Shown here: positions 61,471-64,000 of the stretch, piece by piece
How positions within the stretch are numbered: position 1 is the first letter of the stretch
How the letters are laid out: every line of letters begins with the position of its first letter
Virus record (IMG/VR): IMGVR_UViG_3300028797_000094
Coordinates: 166,524 to 230,523 of that record
Length of the DNA: 64,000 bases
Direction: 5' to 3' (one strand)
From: a virus
Lineage: Duplodnaviria > Heunggongvirae > Uroviricota > Caudoviricetes
Notes under the pieces: generated by a model
What the model was told of the DNA's origin: nothing
Database searches by the model: none
What the model saw: the letters and a program-made list of their open reading frames with translations, nothing else
Made by a program: the position numbers and the translations under genes

Positions 61471-62340
61471 ATGAGTATTTACAGTGGAAAATGTGATCTT
61501 TATGACCATATAGCAGGCTTAGGTGGCTGGTATAATAGAGACGGTAAACCTGTTAGTTTTAATGATCCAGATGTTCATGTATTTTATTCAGATGAATATC
61601 GAGATTTCTTAGAATTTAAAAAACGTACAAATGGTACAATGTATCAACACAAGAAAGTTAAAGTAACTGAATGGAATCAAGATGAAGTTACTAAAAAGAC
61701 TGATCATTTTAAAGTTATCGAACATAAGGAAATTGTTGCTGATAAACGTTTAAAAGAAGGCCAAAGAGAAAAAGTTACTTATACTTATGAATATTTTGGC
61801 AGAGAATATAATTCTCTTAAAGAATTAAATAAGCATGGTGTTTATGTAACTATGGAAATTCATTTTGAAACTTTATTAGATTTAATTCCATATTATCCAT
61901 ATTTAGTTTCAATGAGTATGAGTGATAAAGGTAAAGAAATTGTTTACCTTTCACAAGAAAGTTTTGTTGATTCAGAACGTGATGATAACTATGAACACGG
62001 CTTCTTTTCAGAATTTTGGGAACATTATAAGAGAGATTTACAAGATCATTATCGTGATATTGTATTAACTTATTTTAATCCAGAAGGCAGAGAAAATCGA
62101 GAAATAGTTGTATTTGATGAAAATAGACGTGGTTGCGTATCAAAACCAATTGATTCTAATTTTAATGTAATATGGGATTTTGGTGATGGCCCAATTAAGA
62201 GTCATTGGACTTCGCCTAAAGTAATCAATGCAGAAACTGGTGAAATTGAAATAAGTAAAGAAGATTATGAAAGTTATTTAGGTCATACTGTTTCAGTTTA
62301 TTATGTTGAAGCTAAAGAATATCCTATTAAAATTAGCTAA
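61471..62340 (+). CDS. Hypothetical phage protein
   Basis: AAGGAG RBS; TTGTATAAT at 61388; all Trp are TGG. Confidence 0.7.
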   Translation: MSIYSGKCDLYDHIAGLGGWYNRDGKPVSFNDPDVHVFYSDEYRDFLEFKKRTNGTMYQHKKVKVTEWNQDEVTKKTDHFKVIEHKEIVADKRLKEGQREKVTYTYEYFGREYNSLKELNKHGVYVTMEIHFETLLDLIPYYPYLVSMSMSDKGKEIVYLSQESFVDSERDDNYEHGFFSEFWEHYKRDLQDHYRDIVLTYFNPEGRENREIVVFDENRRGCVSKPIDSNFNVIWDFGDGPIKSHWTSPKVINAETGEIEISKEDYESYLGHTVSVYYVEAKEYPIKIS

Positions 62341-62960
62341 TGGTGATAATTATGGAAAATAAAACAATAGCTGTAGATTTAAAAGATTTTTATCAATTGT
62401 TAATTGCAGAATGTCGTTATGGCTATACTCGTAATAATCATTTAATGCCAAGTGGTGCCTATGATAAAGTTAAATATTATTTTCCAAAAATGTTTGAAAT
62501 TGATAATGATTATGCAATTTATACATTAAAACAACTTTGCGATGAATGTATTAGTCAACAATTAATTATGAATTTTTATGATGGCGAAGATGACGAATAC
62601 AATAGTCATAAAGAAGCAATAGAATTTATTTCTTGGTGCTTAAATGAAATTCATAAAGTAGATACTTATTGGTTTCCATATAATATGGATCAATATTTAG
62701 AAAATCTTAAAAAAGATGATGAGCCAAGATATAATGTTTATATTATGGAAGGTAAGACAAAATTATTATTAACTAAAAAACCAGTAAGTGTTAATGATTA
62801 TTTTAAAGTTATTGTTGATACGATAAATTCTGACAGTGCTATTTTTAGAAAAGAAACTATTAGAGCTTTAGATAAAGAAGAACCAAAAAGTAAATATGAT
62901 GATTATATTTATCATATTTTAGAACCTGTTCAAAAAGATTTTTATGTAGAACATATTTAA
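62340..62960 (+). CDS. Hypothetical phage protein
   Basis: Coupled ORF; alternative start at 62352. Confidence 0.65.
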   Translation: MVIIMENKTIAVDLKDFYQLLIAECRYGYTRNNHLMPSGAYDKVKYYFPKMFEIDNDYAIYTLKQLCDECISQQLIMNFYDGEDDEYNSHKEAIEFISWCLNEIHKVDTYWFPYNMDQYLENLKKDDEPRYNVYIMEGKTKLLLTKKPVSVNDYFKVIVDTINSDSAIFRKETIRALDKEEPKSKYDDYIYHILEPVQKDFYVEHI

Positions 62961-62968
62961 AATATATA

Positions 62969-63112
62969 CACGGGCAGTCTCACGTGTGGCAAGGATGCTC
63001 TTCCTGCCGGATAGACCAGACCTCTTTGTAGTGTTGACGCGTAAGGTAAATGCTACCGCCATGTCGGTGAAAGATGACAAGGGGATTTAGTTAATTTCTA
63101 CCCAAAGCCGTG
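62969..63112. other. GC-rich non-coding structured island
   Basis: Much richer in GC than its surroundings; stems ACACG/CGTGT, GGCA(A)GGA/TCCTGCC and ACCG/CGGT. Confidence 0.4.
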
Positions 63113-63290
63113 AAATTAATAAAGAGTATTATTTTTGAAACAAATTGTCGTTGAATGAATGACAAATAAACAAAACATTCAATAATTCCTCCTAAATGCT
63201 AATATTTCATATTTAATTCCTCCTGTTTGAAATATAAGTGACGGCAGTTTCTTCAAAAAAAATTTGCAAAATTTATTGTATAATATATAT

Positions 63291-63365
63291 AGGGGTTTCG
63301 GTAAGTGGTTATGCCAGGAGTCTTCAAAACTTCTATCGTGGGTTCGAATCCTACAACCCCTGCCA
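63291..63365 (+). tRNA. tRNA-Trp with UCA anticodon (opal-decoding), CCA encoded
   Basis: Acceptor stem AGGGGTT/AACCCCT, discriminator G, CCA end. Anticodon stem GGAGT/ACTTC with loop CT-TCA-AA (63324-63326). T arm GTGGG-TTCGAAT-CCTAC; short variable loop. Confidence 0.92.
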
Positions 63366-63376
63366 TTTAATAAATT

Positions 63377-63409
63377 GCCAGTTTAATTTTTTATTAAATT
63401 GGCTTTTTT
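63377..63409 (+). terminator. Intrinsic terminator after the tRNA
   Basis: GCCAGTTTAAT/ATTAAATTGGC stem plus T tract. Confidence 0.8.
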
Positions 63410-63465
63410 AATTTTAAAATATTATAAAAAATATTGTATAATATATAGTAGATGAGGTATTTAAT

Positions 63466-64000
63466 ATGAGTTATATTGAAACAAAAACTATTCCTGTCCT
63501 AGTATTTGATGAGAAGCCAGTTTTACCAGGTAGTAGAATACACTTAGTAACTTCAAGTCAATTTTTCAAGGACTGTTATACAGTTTCACAAGAGCAATAT
63601 AATTGCGAAGTTGGTTTATTGTTTAGAACACCAATGACAAGTGAAATTAAATCAGCAGGAGTATTTGGCTATTTTAGAAATGTTACTTTTGTTGATGATG
63701 AAAATATAACATTTGATCTTGAAATAGAAAAGAGATTGGAATTAGTTGAATTTGGAAGTGCTGCTTCCGCAGATAATCCAAATGTTAATTGCCAAACTGC
63801 AAATGTTAATATCTATAATGATGATAGTGAAAATCTTAGTCCAGAAGATGATGCAGTATTTATGTATATCAGAAAGAAAGCTAAGAAATTTCAAAATCAT
63901 ATTTTTAAAGACCCTCTTGCAGTTCAACAATATATAAATATTGATAATAGAAAATCGTTACTATGTGATTTAATTGCAGCTAATTTAACAACTATTCAAG
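63466..64000 (+). CDS. 3'-truncated protein resembling the Lon protease N-terminal domain
   Basis: GAGG RBS; IPVLVFDEKPVLPGSRIHL resembles the Lon start LPxLPLRxxVxFPG; open to the window edge; TTGTATAAT at 63434. Confidence 0.45.
   Translation, partial: MSYIETKTIPVLVFDEKPVLPGSRIHLVTSSQFFKDCYTVSQEQYNCEVGLLFRTPMTSEIKSAGVFGYFRNVTFVDDENITFDLEIEKRLELVEFGSAASADNPNVNCQTANVNIYNDDSENLSPEDDAVFMYIRKKAKKFQNHIFKDPLAVQQYINIDNRKSLLCDLIAANLTTIQ

Noticed and set aside
62990-63025. SRP RNA domain IV on the minus strand (TCC-GGCA-GGAAG-AGCA)
   Set aside because: Only the tetraloop stem resembles it. The conserved CAGG internal-loop strand and the long flanking helix are missing.
63291-63365. tRNA-Sec (also UCA anticodon) and selenoprotein decoding
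   Set aside because: It is 75 nt with a short variable loop and a 7-bp acceptor stem, lacking the long arm of tRNA-Sec. The TGA sites are Trp-like, not Cys-like.
63366-63430. tRNA-associated HDV-like (theta) ribozyme
   Set aside because: The 3' trailer is a simple AT-rich terminator hairpin with no nested pseudoknot.
692-63937. Short antisense or alternate-frame ORFs in the track (for example 692-1000, 10598-11624, 14240, 27591, 31393, 41899, 63742)
   Set aside because: They are shadows of longer genes with recognisable motifs, mirror repeats or codon bias, and lack RBSs.
1-64000. Mycoplasma-type chromosome using code 4 throughout
   Set aside because: The gene content is phage-like, and the many TGG-only replication genes are unlike an AT-rich constitutive code-4 genome. 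A code-4 host is not formally excluded.

Overview
This 64 kb window is best read as part of a large, very AT-rich lytic bacteriophage, probably infecting a Bacillota host. I saw no integrase, CRISPR array or host housekeeping backbone. Its main feature is a regulated-looking genetic code split. No credible gene ends in TGA. Replication and nucleotide-metabolism genes encode Trp only as TGG. Virion-type genes, four Mur-ligase-like genes, an amidoligase, a homing endonuclease and ClpP contain in-frame TGA at Trp-like positions, and the phage encodes its own tRNA-Trp with a UCA anticodon (63291-63365). Reading TGA as Trp merges many fragments of the ORF track into whole genes, including one 2,744-aa virion-type protein (27580-35814). 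Other modules: a type IIA topoisomerase pair split by a GIY-YIG endonuclease; a folate and nucleotide cluster (Fhs, FolD, DHFR, and a ThyA homologue with Asp at the Asn177 specificity position, plus DUF1599-, DUF5662- and NDT-like genes); a replisome (dUTPase, loader, DnaB, primase, SSB, family A polymerase, beta clamp, DnaX/HolB/HolA, RecA, RecU); ribosomal protein bS21; and tandem c-di-GMP-I riboswitches ahead of four SipW-class secreted proteins. Two recurrent promoter-like motifs (TTGTATAAT and TTYGCTAAATTAWATG) and several unexplained structured RNA candidates are present. All family assignments come from motif recognition by eye; no database was searched, and codon counts are manual.
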